From: Chromera velia | Lineage: Eukaryota | Direction of reading: 5' to 3' | DNA: 52,637 nucleotides | Assembly: GCA_018398765.1 (NCBI GenBank) | Contig: JAHBMJ010000250.1 | Coordinates: 1 to 52,637, forward strand | In this document: positions 41,812-52,637 of the stretch, one piece after another | Position numbering within the stretch: position 1 is the first letter of the stretch | Layout: the number at the start of each line of letters is the position of its first letter | Program-made: the position numbers and the translations under genes | The notes under the pieces: generated by a model | Told to the model about the DNA's origin: nothing | What the model saw: only the letters and a program-made list of their open reading frames with translations | Databases searched by the model: none

Positions 41812-44800
41812 GCTGCTACACTTTTCTCGGGCTTTGCTAGCCCTGGCAAGGCTCAGACCACCAGACAGAAAAGTAGTCGTACGCATATGCACAGAGACAT
41901 TCAATGGGAAACCACAGAGGCACATCGAGAGAGAGGCACTCAAACATCAGAGAATCACACGCCACGCAACCATTTTGTTCTGCGTTTGACTGCATGAGCT
42001 GTCGGTCTCTGTCTGACTGAGAAGGCTTGCTTGACTGACTTGAGTGGAGTCCTTTGTTTTCTTTGTGGACATCCGATACCCCTCTGGCAGTCTGGACATC
42101 CCTCGCAGCAACAGCACGAGAGGAACTCCTATCTCTGCAAGGTGCATCACCCCTGTAGTCTTCCTTCATCGCAGGGTCACCCCTGGCGCAACAAGACCCG
42201 TTGGGTTGGGTGTTGGCTGACGGGGGTTGGCCAGGCAGAGTCGGGGTGTCTGCCTGTCTGCCTCTCAGAATTCTCTTGGGCGGTTTTTTCTGTTTCTCAG
42301 ACTCAAAGAGATCAAAGACAGACATCACTGAACGCAGACCTGCTTCGAGAGGCTTTGTCACAGAGTCAAGCGAAAAGGGGAGAGAACTAGAGAGGGTTCT
42401 TCCGGGTTTGTGGGACCTCTCACTTTGCGCAGCCGGCGGATTCAAACAAGAAGAGGAAGAAGAACCGAACCTCGGCTCACTCTCTCTTGCCATTCCATTC
42501 GCACGACCTGCTTCGTTCTCAGCAGCCAGGGGCAACTTGGAGGCAGTTGCTGCAACAAATCGAGGACGTTTGTACGTCACAATCCTTCCTTCTACTGTGC
42601 CCCCCTCTCCTTCCAATTCGTCCGGAAAGTCCAAACTCAACTCATGCTCAGACTCTTCTCCTGCCTTCTCTCTTTCCTCAGAAGGCCTGGTGTGCTGCTG
42701 ACAGATTGAGGGGGGAAGCAGAGAGCCGGAGGAAGAGGAAGAGGCTTCATGGCGTCCCTCCCTCTTGTCACCTACCGATGACAGACCCCCCCCTCCTCCC
42801 CCCACACCAACAGAGGGGGGGAATTCAGAAACAGATCGTGACCCTCCCTTCCATCGGCATATCTGGGCGTGCCATGAGGAGGGGACCTCCCCCGTCTCTC
42901 TTTCTCTTTCTCTTGGGTGCTGCTTCACATTGACATCCTTTTCTTCTTCCCGTCTCCATGCAGACAGGGCGTTCCCTATCTGCACTCTGTGTGCTGCATG
43001 GATGGGGGCTTCGTCGTCGGGGACCTCTAGATAATGAGACGGTCCCGAAAGACCGGTATACGCAGTGCAACTCTGCGCCCTGTGTAGGGATTTCACTTCC
43101 TCTCCCCCTTCCCTCTTCTTCAACCTGGCATCACACATACCCCCACCTCCCTTTCCACCCCATCCCGCACTCACAGGACGCAAACGCTCCCCCTCAAACG
43201 GCACGGCAAACGAAGCCCACGCACTCTCCGAACTCTCCCCCACCTCCTCACATCTTTCTTCTCGTTTCTCCCTTGCCGCACCCCCCTGACTTTGAACAGG
43301 CAGCAAAAAAGCGGCATCTAGTTCCTCCCTTCCCACACCTCCAACAGACGGAGACGGTTTCAAAGAACCGATCCCGGAAGGCAGATGTACATCCTCATCA
43401 GCCCCCCGTCCCCCCTCTTTTCGAAAACAAGACGGCCGAGACGAAGACGAAGACGGACAAAACGAAGCCCCCAAACCGTACCCCTCTTCCGTCAACCCTA
43501 CAGACAAATTCTCTACCCTCTTGCCCCCCCCCTCCCCTCTTGGCTGTTCCCTCACAGCCTCGAGATCATACCTACTCGAGCTCACCGCGACCGATTCGGC
43601 AGTCGTAGATCGTCCCCTGCGCATCTGCCAGTCAGAGGGCAGAAAAGACAAAGAAGCAGACTTGGAATCACGACTTCCCTCCGACTGTCGCACTGCGCTC
43701 TGAGGTCCACTTACAGAGCTCTGGGCATGTGTGTGCGTCCCCCCAGATTCCATCCCAACCCCCTCCCTCCAGCCCCCCCCGCTCTTTGGTCTCAAGACCG
43801 TAACGGAAGAAGATGCCCCCCCCGCATTGGGAACATGAAGACTTCTCCCTTTCTCTTTCTCTGCAGCTGTGTCTGAGGAGGCAAACACACTCTCCCCACC
43901 TGCCCCCTGATGCTTCATCATGGCTGCCTTGTGCGTCTCTGTCTGCTGAAGTCTGTTGCCTCCTCCTCTGTGACCGAAAGAGAGGGAAGCGCCTCTGGCA
44001 GAAACAGAACGAGAAGAGGAGGCCGAGGCCGACGAGGAGGAGGGCAGACCCGCAGCCAGAGAGGCGGCAGGGAGACGGTCCGACCCTGCCCTGCTGCTGC
44101 TGTGGGGGTCCTCATAGGATAGGGTGCTTCCCCTGGCAGCAAAGCCAGAGAAAGGAATGGGGTTTCTCTCTACCTGCCTCCCGTATCCCCCTTCTGGGAT
44201 CACAGTGTCTGTCTGGTCTCTGCTGGATGATCCCACCTGGGTTGGCAGAAGGGGGGATGGGTGAGAGGGAGGGGGGGGAGATGAGTGGCCTCTCTCTCCT
44301 GCACTTGCTTGCATTTCAATTTGAAGAATTTCAGCATCGAGACCTTCCACAACTCCCCCTGTTGTTCTTTCTTTTCTTTCCGTCACACACCCTCTGGTTT
44401 CTCTAGATCGGGACGAAGCAGAAAGAGGGGGAACACGCACTCTGTTTCTTGCAGACTGGACCCTGCTTGCCCCTGAAGAGTTAGGCCTAGTCAAGACGGA
44501 CCCCTGATGAACTCCTAGGCCTCCTGCTGCGGTGTAACTCCTAGGAGACAGGGAGAGCACAGCTGAGAGGGAGGGGTCTGATGCCATCTGAGACGGTGAC
44601 ACAGTGTACATCGATAGAATATCCGAAACGTCACAGCCGTCTCCGCGACGGTAGCTGCTGCCAGGGGCAGAACTTGCAGGGGCCACGGCATGCCCAGCCT
44701 CCAGATACTGTCCCAGTCGCCACTGGCCGGGGCCCCTGCCTGACGAGGCATGTCGGTTGAGTACGCTCGGGTACCGGTCTCTGCACATAAGGGCAAAAAG

Positions 44801-46324
44801 GTGTGAAGGAAACAGGGAAAACGACTTGACGGACACTAACGACATCCAGTCCAACTCACTCAGCGGACACTCAATGAAAATTAAGCATTCTCGTTCTGTG
44901 TACGCACAGAATGTGATAACACCAAACCAAGAGCGACACGTACAGCGGAGTGGAACAAAAAGAAGCCAAGTGTCCTCAACAGACAAGAAAAAATAAAGAT
45001 GAAGATGAAGCAGGTCGCCAGACATTGACTCACCTGAGCCTACTTTTCTCATCCAAAAAATCACACTGGCGCTCTGCCCCCGTTTCGCGGTCTTCTCCGG
45101 CCATGAGGCCGGAGGTGTTCATCTCATGTGAACCCCTGATTGCCCTGCCTTCTCCTCCCCAACTCTTCTGCGCTGACGCAGCACAATTGCCTCCCACGAC
45201 TGCGGGAACGTCGGCAAATCCTCTTCCCTGCACGTGAAGGACAAAGAAGAAAAAACTTCTTTCCGTCACAGAAAGGAAGTAAGGTGTGCATGAGCAGGTG
45301 TGGAATCGAGAGGTGAAAATTCAATTTCTGGTCTGAGGCAGAAAAAACAGACTTTAGCTTAGCAGCGATGCACATGGGGAAGCCATAGCAGACCTCTTCG
45401 AGGCACCAAGAGAGACGAAAAGGCAGTTTTCGTCCCTTCAGCAATTGGTAAAGCACCATCATTTTCGCGGCCGTATTTCTGTCTCGATTTTCCAGCGATT
45501 CGGTCACAGACTATCGATAAGTCATTTGTTCTGCCAGTCAGTCAGTCAGTCAGTCGGTCGGATGGATGTTTTACACGGCACAGCGGCTGACCGGTGCGGA
45601 AGGTCCCCTGCCCTCTACCGCTCCTCCGCAGTAGCTTGGAATGGCTCCCCCAAGCTGCGTGTGCTGCTGCTGCTGCTGCATCTGCCTGTGGAGGCCCCTC
45701 AGGTTTCCATTTTCCTGTCTCAGCCTGTCGAGCTCCGCAAGAAGCACCAGCATGCTTCGATTGTCGTGCCTCTGACCGGAATTACTTCGTCCCTGCGAAA
45801 TTCAGGATAACATAGAAAAAGGGGACTCTGCGAAACAGACTGATCTCATGATGTCCTAACCAAATACAGCGAGGCACAGTGCGGCTTTGAGGAATAGATA
45901 GAGAAGACAAGAAGCAGTGGACCAAAAAAGCGAAGAGACGGGAAAGTCAGACGAGGAGGTTTCATTGAGAGGTCTTTGCTGAGCACACGCAACTTTTGTC
46001 GCGTCTGTTCCTGTTTCTCCCTCACTGCACCAGTATTACAGCAGAGAGAAGAAAGGCTGACCATTGGGTGTCCACTGATGGGATAGGGGTCCATTGTGCT
46101 GGGCTGCACTTCGAATTAACAGTGACTTTACAGACTGAAGCGAAGAAGCGTCTCCCGAAGACTCCCTTCAAGCACACAACTTCCGCGTCGTGCCTTGTTC
46201 TTCTCCGTCGGCTGGCGCCTTGTTTTTTCTGTAGAAAGAGAAACGAAGCAAGTGTTTCGCTATGTCTGCGTATGAAACCTCTGTCGAGATCATCCATGAC
46301 CATCCTCTGTCTATCCCAGTTCAT
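41295..46324 (-). CDS. Large multi-exon hypothetical protein, N-terminal coiled coil plus Ser/Gly-rich disordered region
   Basis: A stop-free frame of over 1000 codons (41837-45064); a coiled-coil-like exon (LLAELDRLRQENGNLRGLHRQMQQ, about 45580-45790); putative upstream small exons from ATG 46324; terminal exon after TGCAG at about 41756 to the stop at 41295. Exon boundaries are only partly resolved. Confidence 0.6.
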
Positions 46325-46530
46325 GAAAGCATGCACTGAAAAGGTCCGACAAAATCGCAGAAGTCGATCGCGATTTTGCATGTTTTGCGCGCGCGGCATG
46401 CATTTTTTCGATTTTTTAATTCGCGAGATCGATTCGGTCGAATTTTTTCGATGTTTTCGCGCGCGGCGCGTCTCAAAAATGCAGTTATTTCGGAAAACCA
46501 TTCGAGTGATTTCGAGTGTTCTCCAAGACG

Positions 46531-47580
46531 ATGTACCTCCGATGTAAAAGAGAAGGTGACCTGTCGATGCCTTGACTGCCTCATCCGTTGACACTTCGCA
46601 TCACAGAAGAGAAAGTCCTCAAGTCACTTGAGACACGCCTGCTGTCGCTCTTGCACGGTGTTCTGCGGAGACGGCCTTTTGCTGTCTCTGTCGCTTCTCC
46701 CAGTTGTAAGAGGCAGAGCGTAAAAGAAACAGGAGTCATTGTCCGACAGACAGAGGGAGAGAGAGAGAAAGACAGAGAGCGGAGTTTGAGTTCCAAGACG
46801 CTTTCCCTCGCTTCGAATCTGTCCGGAGCTCTGTCGCAATAATTCTCTGACATCTTCCAAGGATTCTTCGAACGATTTGTCTCCTTCCGCTACGAAAAGA
46901 AAGAAAGAGGTCGAAGAGAAATTCCATACAAGAGGGCAGGATCTTCTGTTCTTAAAAGGTGAAAAAAGAATATATACAGTGAAGAGATAGATCAATGGTT
47001 TGTTGTTGAAGAGAAAAAAGATGCTCTCGCCAACCGAAACCAACTCCAAGAAACCCGACACCAGCGACGTCTTCCCACTTCCAATTCCGGAAGAATGTCG
47101 TCAGAATATTTTCTTCCAAAACAGCTTAATCCCTTCAATTGAGCAACGCCTATCCTCTCCCTGCCCCTTCAGAGGCCCTCAGTCCCTCTATGGGTTCTCC
47201 TCTAGCAGCAGCAGTGCCAGTCACACCCCTGCCGCTTCTTCCCCCCGAAACCTGGTCCTGCCCTTGAACCGCCGAAGGACCTCTCTGGCACGTGCAAAGA
47301 ACACCAAGGCTTTCGCCTGTCTTCTATCCTTCTTCTCCCTCCCCTCCCAGGACCCGACCGCCACTCCAGGCCAGTTCCCAATAATAGCCTCAAGGGACCT
47401 GTGGGAGTTCTTCGTCCTCTTGCAGGAGATGGAGAAATACTCCGTGCCTAGGCAGGTCACAGTGAAGAGCAGGGAAAAGGGATGGGAGACCTTTCGCCTC
47501 AAAATTCCTTTTTTGGCCTACAGCCCCTCACAGGGAGTGTCCACAGGTACGCACGCATATGGCATCTCACAGGTTGATGC

Positions 47581-47631
<51 letters not shown>

Positions 47632-48103
47632 AGCTTCGCGTCAATGATTTCACGCAGGCAGGCCCCAAGTCGAAACGAAAAGACGACATGAATGAACGGA
47701 GGGAGGATTGTTGACAGAGAATGAAAGGGCAGGATATCTCATTCGAGTCTTCGAGTGAATGCACAAAGCTGAGCCTTGTCTTTTCTTCCTTCCTTCATTC
47801 GACTGGCCTGCCTGCCTGCATGATTGCAGACTTTTTGTCTTGGTGGTCTCCTCGGGAGCTCCCTGACTGGAAGCACTTCGAACCTCTGGGGCATGCCCCC
47901 ATAGTGAAGGAGAGGGGGGGAATGAGCTTTGAGTTCCTCCATCAGAAGAAACTGTGTGGGAGGCCATGCAGACTGAGGGGGGGCGAGGTGGTCTCCATCC
48001 CTCTGTTGATCTGGCAACACCCTCTCTCAGTGGTCAGTCAGTCTGGCCAGCCTCTGGCAGGCAGACAGGCAGGCGCCTGGTTGGTTGGTTATTGTGTGCA
48101 TGT

Positions 48104-48153
<50 letters not shown>

Positions 48154-49325
48154 CCATGGCGGGGAATGCGGGAGGATTGATTCTTCTTCTGGTGGGACGT
48201 TGTTTGTCTCTTTGCGTCTCGAGCAGGCTTTTCTCGACCTCTGTCTCAATTACACGTTCAGTCTTTTTCTTCCTTGTTGTTTCTTCCTCTTCCCCTTACC
48301 TATGGACCCGTTTCTGAAAGCCTGTGACCCAGCAGCAGACACGGCACCCATTTCGTTCTTCCCTCTTTCTCTCTATCTTTCTATCTATCTCTGCAGCACT
48401 TCGCGAAACACCAGGCGGAGATGCTTCCTCTGGGGTACTTCCGAACTCTCCCCGAGGACAGGATGGGAGTCTTTGTGTTTCAGAAATTCGCCCTCGCACT
48501 GACCAACAGAGTCGCCTTCATCCAGGCCTTTCCGTCTCAGGTCGAGGAACGAATCGTGCGGGCAGATCGGTTCATGGCAGAGATAGTCGACTGGGTTTCC
48601 GTGTTTAGAGACAGGGGTGCTCTCTGGACGCCCCTGCGGTTACACGAACCGTTGAAACGAAAGTGGCGTGAGGAGAAGACACTACGAGCATGGAGCATGG
48701 CAGACGGCAGCTCGCTCATCGTCATCCCCGATGTCATGGCCATTCGGCTGACTCATGGAGAGATGCCGGGGGTTGTGGCGTCTGTGCCCCTGACTCGGTC
48801 CCAGCTTCTAGAAGTCACCTCTCTCTTTGTCATCATTGCGGATGGTGGTAGTGGGGGGGCATTTGAAAAGGGGAAGAGACAGGGAGAGAAAGAGGGAAGG
48901 CTAGGGGGAGGTTTCTCTCTGAATACTCGATTTCCCGGGATTGCAAAAAGCTGCAGTGATGCACGCACGCTTCGGAAGGGTTATGAGTATTTTTGTGAGT
49001 CCTCTGCTGAGCCCTTTTCTGTCCTTGACTTCCAGGATCCCTCAGATCCCGTCACCCACTCTCCCATAATGTCCCCTCAGCAGTCGAATGCTGCCTCCTG
49101 CACGTGTGAGATGGAAGGGGGGTCTGGGGGGAGGTTTCCTCGGATTCTCATTGCCGTCTCCGGGGAAGAATCGAAAGCCTTCAGAGACCTCAGCCGAGTT
49201 ATGACTGAGTATGGGATTGAGAAAGGCTGGCTGGAAGAGGGAGAAGGAGAGGGAGGGGTAGGGGCTGAAAGCAACGGGGGGGTTCCCGCGGGGGGGCTTG
49301 GGAAGTCCGGTCCGAGTCCCTCACT

Positions 49326-49358
<33 letters not shown>

Positions 49359-51078
49359 CGTTTCCCCCTTTCAGCAGTCCACCTCTTTCTCTTCCAGCAG
49401 AACCCCGCCCCCCAATGGATCAGGATGGGGAGGCGGGCAAGGAAGAGCGGTGCGTCTCCCCCTCCCGCCCCCGCCCCCTTTGGCGGTTGAGACTCTCCGT
49501 GTCGTGTGTGCACAGCAGTTTTCTGATGACGGAAGCTACTTCCTGTCTATAGAGGCAGAGGTGTTTCATCGGCCGGTCATTCTCTTCGTTCGCATTGCCC
49601 CGACTGCAGTTCTTCAACCGCAGCGGGTCGGGGGTGAGGGGGGAGGAAAGGAAGCAACGAACGGGCAGGGGAAGGGAGAGAGAGAGAAGACAGATGGTGC
49701 GTGGGGTTCGTTCGTTACCGCGCCTAGACAGAGGAGCGAAGACTTGCAGGATGAAAAGAAAAAACAGGAGGAGAAAGAGAAAGAAACCGATGGATACCTG
49801 AGCCGCGCAGACTTAAAGAACATGACCTTTGCTCACCGCATTTGGGTCCCTCCAAAGGGAGTTGACGGAATATCAGTTTTGGGTTTGTTCCCGTCGGCCC
49901 AACGCCGTCTCTACTTTTCCTCTCTCGCTGTACAGCCGTCTCCCCTCCCTTCAGTGCCTTCCCTCCTCAACGGGAGGGGTTCCCTTTCGGATTCCTCAAA
50001 TAGAGTGGGGGCAGATGGGAAGAAGGGATTTGCGCCCTTCGATTTGTTGGAAGTCGATTTCGATTCACACAACGGGGAGGGGGAGGGAGACGGAGACGGA
50101 GAGGGGGTTTCAGTTGCTGCAGATCTGTCTGCACGAGCAGGGACTCCCCGCAGTGAGGCATTGGAGGCCTTCGCGCGGCTTGTGCCTCCCTCAGGCCCCC
50201 ATTCAGACCCCCGACAGAGTCACTCACCTCTGAGAGACTTGATGACACCCCACACTCGATGGGTGTTCGATTGTCTGTCAGAGCGAATGACGATGAACCT
50301 ATCACCCCTGCCTGTATTACCGAAAAGAGTCGTCCACACCCTCCGCCCCCTCCTTCCCGAAAGGGACGTTCAGGAAACTACCAGAGACCCCTCAGAAGCC
50401 TTCGGTATCGGAGGGGGGAGTGCAGCTCAGTCAGAAGCAGGCAGAGACAGAGACGGCTGGACGACCGCAGGGATGGTCTCCCCTGCCAGGGGTGTTGTCA
50501 GCACAGAGACGGATATTGTCGGGGGTGTTGAGCAGCAGTTAGAAACAGATGCCGAGGTGGATAGGGAGGCAGGAGAGTGGGAGCTTGTTGAAGAATTGTC
50601 GTCCCACTTTTTTTCCCATGTACAAAATGATCGAGAGACGGGAAACAGAGGGGCGGCGCCGCCTCGTGTCCCCTCTGCCGGGTCGTCAAGAGCCCAAGGA
50701 CGTGGCGCCGCCACCAGCCGCCCTGGGGGGGTCTCCTCGACTCTGTCTTCGTTCTGCAGGGGGATAGGGGGAGGGGAGGATGGAGAAGGGGGTAAGGAGA
50801 CGGCGGCGTTTCGGGACGTCCAGAGAGACGCCCTCGAGATGGCATCATCCTCTGATCCTCCCCTAGGCGTTGCAATGGCATCGCACCCGTTCTTTCAGCG
50901 TCCCCCTGCCTCACCTCCGCCTGAGGCAGAGGGTGCGTCTGCAGATAGGGGGGTGGAAGAGGAAGGAAGGGAAGTTGAAGTGAGAGGTGACGGAGGGGGG
51001 GGATCTGCAGAAACGGTGGGGGGGGAGGGGGGTAGTGGGATGGGGGAGGGGGGTGGACATGGAGACGATTTGGATTGA
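46531..51078 (+). CDS. Large multi-exon hypothetical protein
   Basis: Phase-consistent exons: about 47012-47546 (G|GTACGC), 47830-48032 (after TTGCAG, ending at GTCAGT), and 48397-51078 (after CTGCAG; contains the 885-aa ORF with a poly-Q tract). The start and first exons near 46531 are uncertain. No known domain was recognised. Confidence 0.65.
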
Positions 51079-52065
51079 TGAGTGCACTAGCTGGTATGCA
51101 TGGAGGGAAAGTACAAGAAAGAGGTTTATACGAAGAATCCCGATCTGGGTGGGCTCAGCGCGTGGTCGATAATCCGAGGAAGTGGATGGTTTAATTTGCT
51201 TTTGATTGCTTGATTTTCTTTTTCGTCTTCTTTGGTAATTGGAAAGCGGAAGCTCACATTGGTGGGTATCGCGTTGTAGAATTAAGTAGCGATGTGTGCA
51301 GCAAGCATGTCGAATTCAGCACTGAAACTGAAGTTTCCGTTTTTTCGGTAGAAAGGAAGGATCCTTGAGCGAGGTGCACAGGGGGGCCGAGGGGAGGGGG
51401 GTCTTCGTAGGGCTTTTTTGTTTTTGGCTCTCTCTTTCACTGGTTGTTCAAAACACAAGTCTCATACGAGCGCGAATAAAGAAAGTTCACTTTCCGGGAC
51501 CAGTAACAGCTTCAAGCGACAGCCGGATAAATGAAGGCATGATAAAGCATGCAAAAAATCGAAGGGGGGACTCAACAAAATAAGTCGCAACTGGCGGGGG
51601 CGATCGAGGTCCATTGATACAGTAACTAACCACTCAATTTCCTTTGCAAAGACAGACAGTTGCAGGGAGACCGATTGAAATCATCGACGCAGAAAGAAAG
51701 TGTATGCCCTCGATCTCTGTGCAAGGAAGGGAGGCATGTTTCTCCGTCTGTCTGTCGCTCTCGAGATGGGTGCATGGGTAAAGCTTTCTTTTGTGCCAGG
51801 AGAGGAGGAAAGATGCAGTGAACGAGTGGCTCAATCAGCAGTACGGAGGAAACCAAAAAGAGATTTTCTTTCAATCAGGCAAACAGATGTGTGTGTATGG
51901 AGAGAAGGAGGGGGAAAGACAGACGGAAAAAGAAAGAGTCGATCAGTCGAGGCGCGACCACAAATTAAGGGGAAAGAAGGACCTCCACGCGCTGAGCCTC
52001 ATGCAGTGATCTCTTTCTTTTCCTTTCCCTTGGTATGTAAAAAAAAACGATCGAAGATTTTTCTT

Positions 52066-52070
52066 CTTTT

Positions 52071-52104
<34 letters not shown>

Positions 52105-52124
52105 TTCCTTCCTTCCTTCCTTCC

Positions 52125-52162
<38 letters not shown>
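52066..52162. repeat. Compound pyrimidine microsatellite (TTTC)n(TTCC)n(TC)n
   Basis: Read directly from the sequence. Confidence 0.9.
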
Positions 52163-52163
<1 letters not shown>

Positions 52164-52637
52164 TTCCTTCGTTGATTTTTTTTTTCACGAATTCTTTCCT
52201 TCTTTTCTCTCTGTCTCCCGTCTGTTGCGCCGTTTCTTTCGTCTTTCTCCCTTTTTGGCCCCTCAAGTGTCGTCAGGTGTCTTCCTCTCTTTCCTCTGCT
52301 AGGGCTCGCTCTCTTTCGTTCGTTCTTTTGTTCGCTCGTCCACTTCGTAACAGTCTTCGTTCCGTCTTTCCTTCTGTCATCCCTTTGTTTGTGCGTCTGG
52401 CCAAACCGTCGCAGATCCATCCTCCCGTCCATTCTCTCTCTGCGACTTCTTCTGCCCTCTCTAGCTGACAGTCTCTGCATGCTTATTATTTGGCCTTTTC
52501 TCCTTCCTGCCCGCCTTTTTTGATCCTGCCCGAACGGAGGTCAGCCTCAACAACTCATGCAGCCTTGCACTGAATTCCACACAGCAAGATGCTTTTCTCT
52601 GGTGGCCTTGGGCGCGCAAGTGGAATGAGTGACTGCA

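Noticed and set aside
51500..52637. Possible small plus-strand exons (GRPIEIIDAERK, VNEWLNQQ)
   Set aside because: They are too short, have no recognisable domain, and the locus runs off the window edge.

Overview
This is an intron-rich eukaryotic window. Microsatellite-filled introns, frequent TGCATGCA elements and the gene style suggest a chromerid/apicomplexan-related alveolate such as Chromera; that is inference, not verified. Well-supported genes: single-exon kish/TMEM167 (+); a complete 31-exon PRP8 (-, 13214-31206, 2437 aa by my hand splicing); and an intronless RMI1-like OB-fold gene head-to-head with it (+). Also present: a fragmentary cullin-like locus (-), a head-to-head pair of small secreted Cys-rich proteins (35.4-39.3 kb), a divergent pair of large low-complexity hypothetical genes (41.3-51.1 kb), and a ~290-codon intronless ORF broken by one TAG. 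Gene blocks are separated by AT-rich islands. Most notable unexplained signals: (1) these islands show a TpA/CTA/TAG excess, with CA>TA and TG>TA variants inside local repeats, i.e. a RIP-like cytosine-mutation signature outside fungi; (2) two decayed AP2-domain-like relics lie next to such islands; (3) all 30 PRP8 donors are GTNNG, C dominates at +3, and many are embedded in 4-nt microsatellites. No tRNA, rRNA or CRISPR features were recognised.
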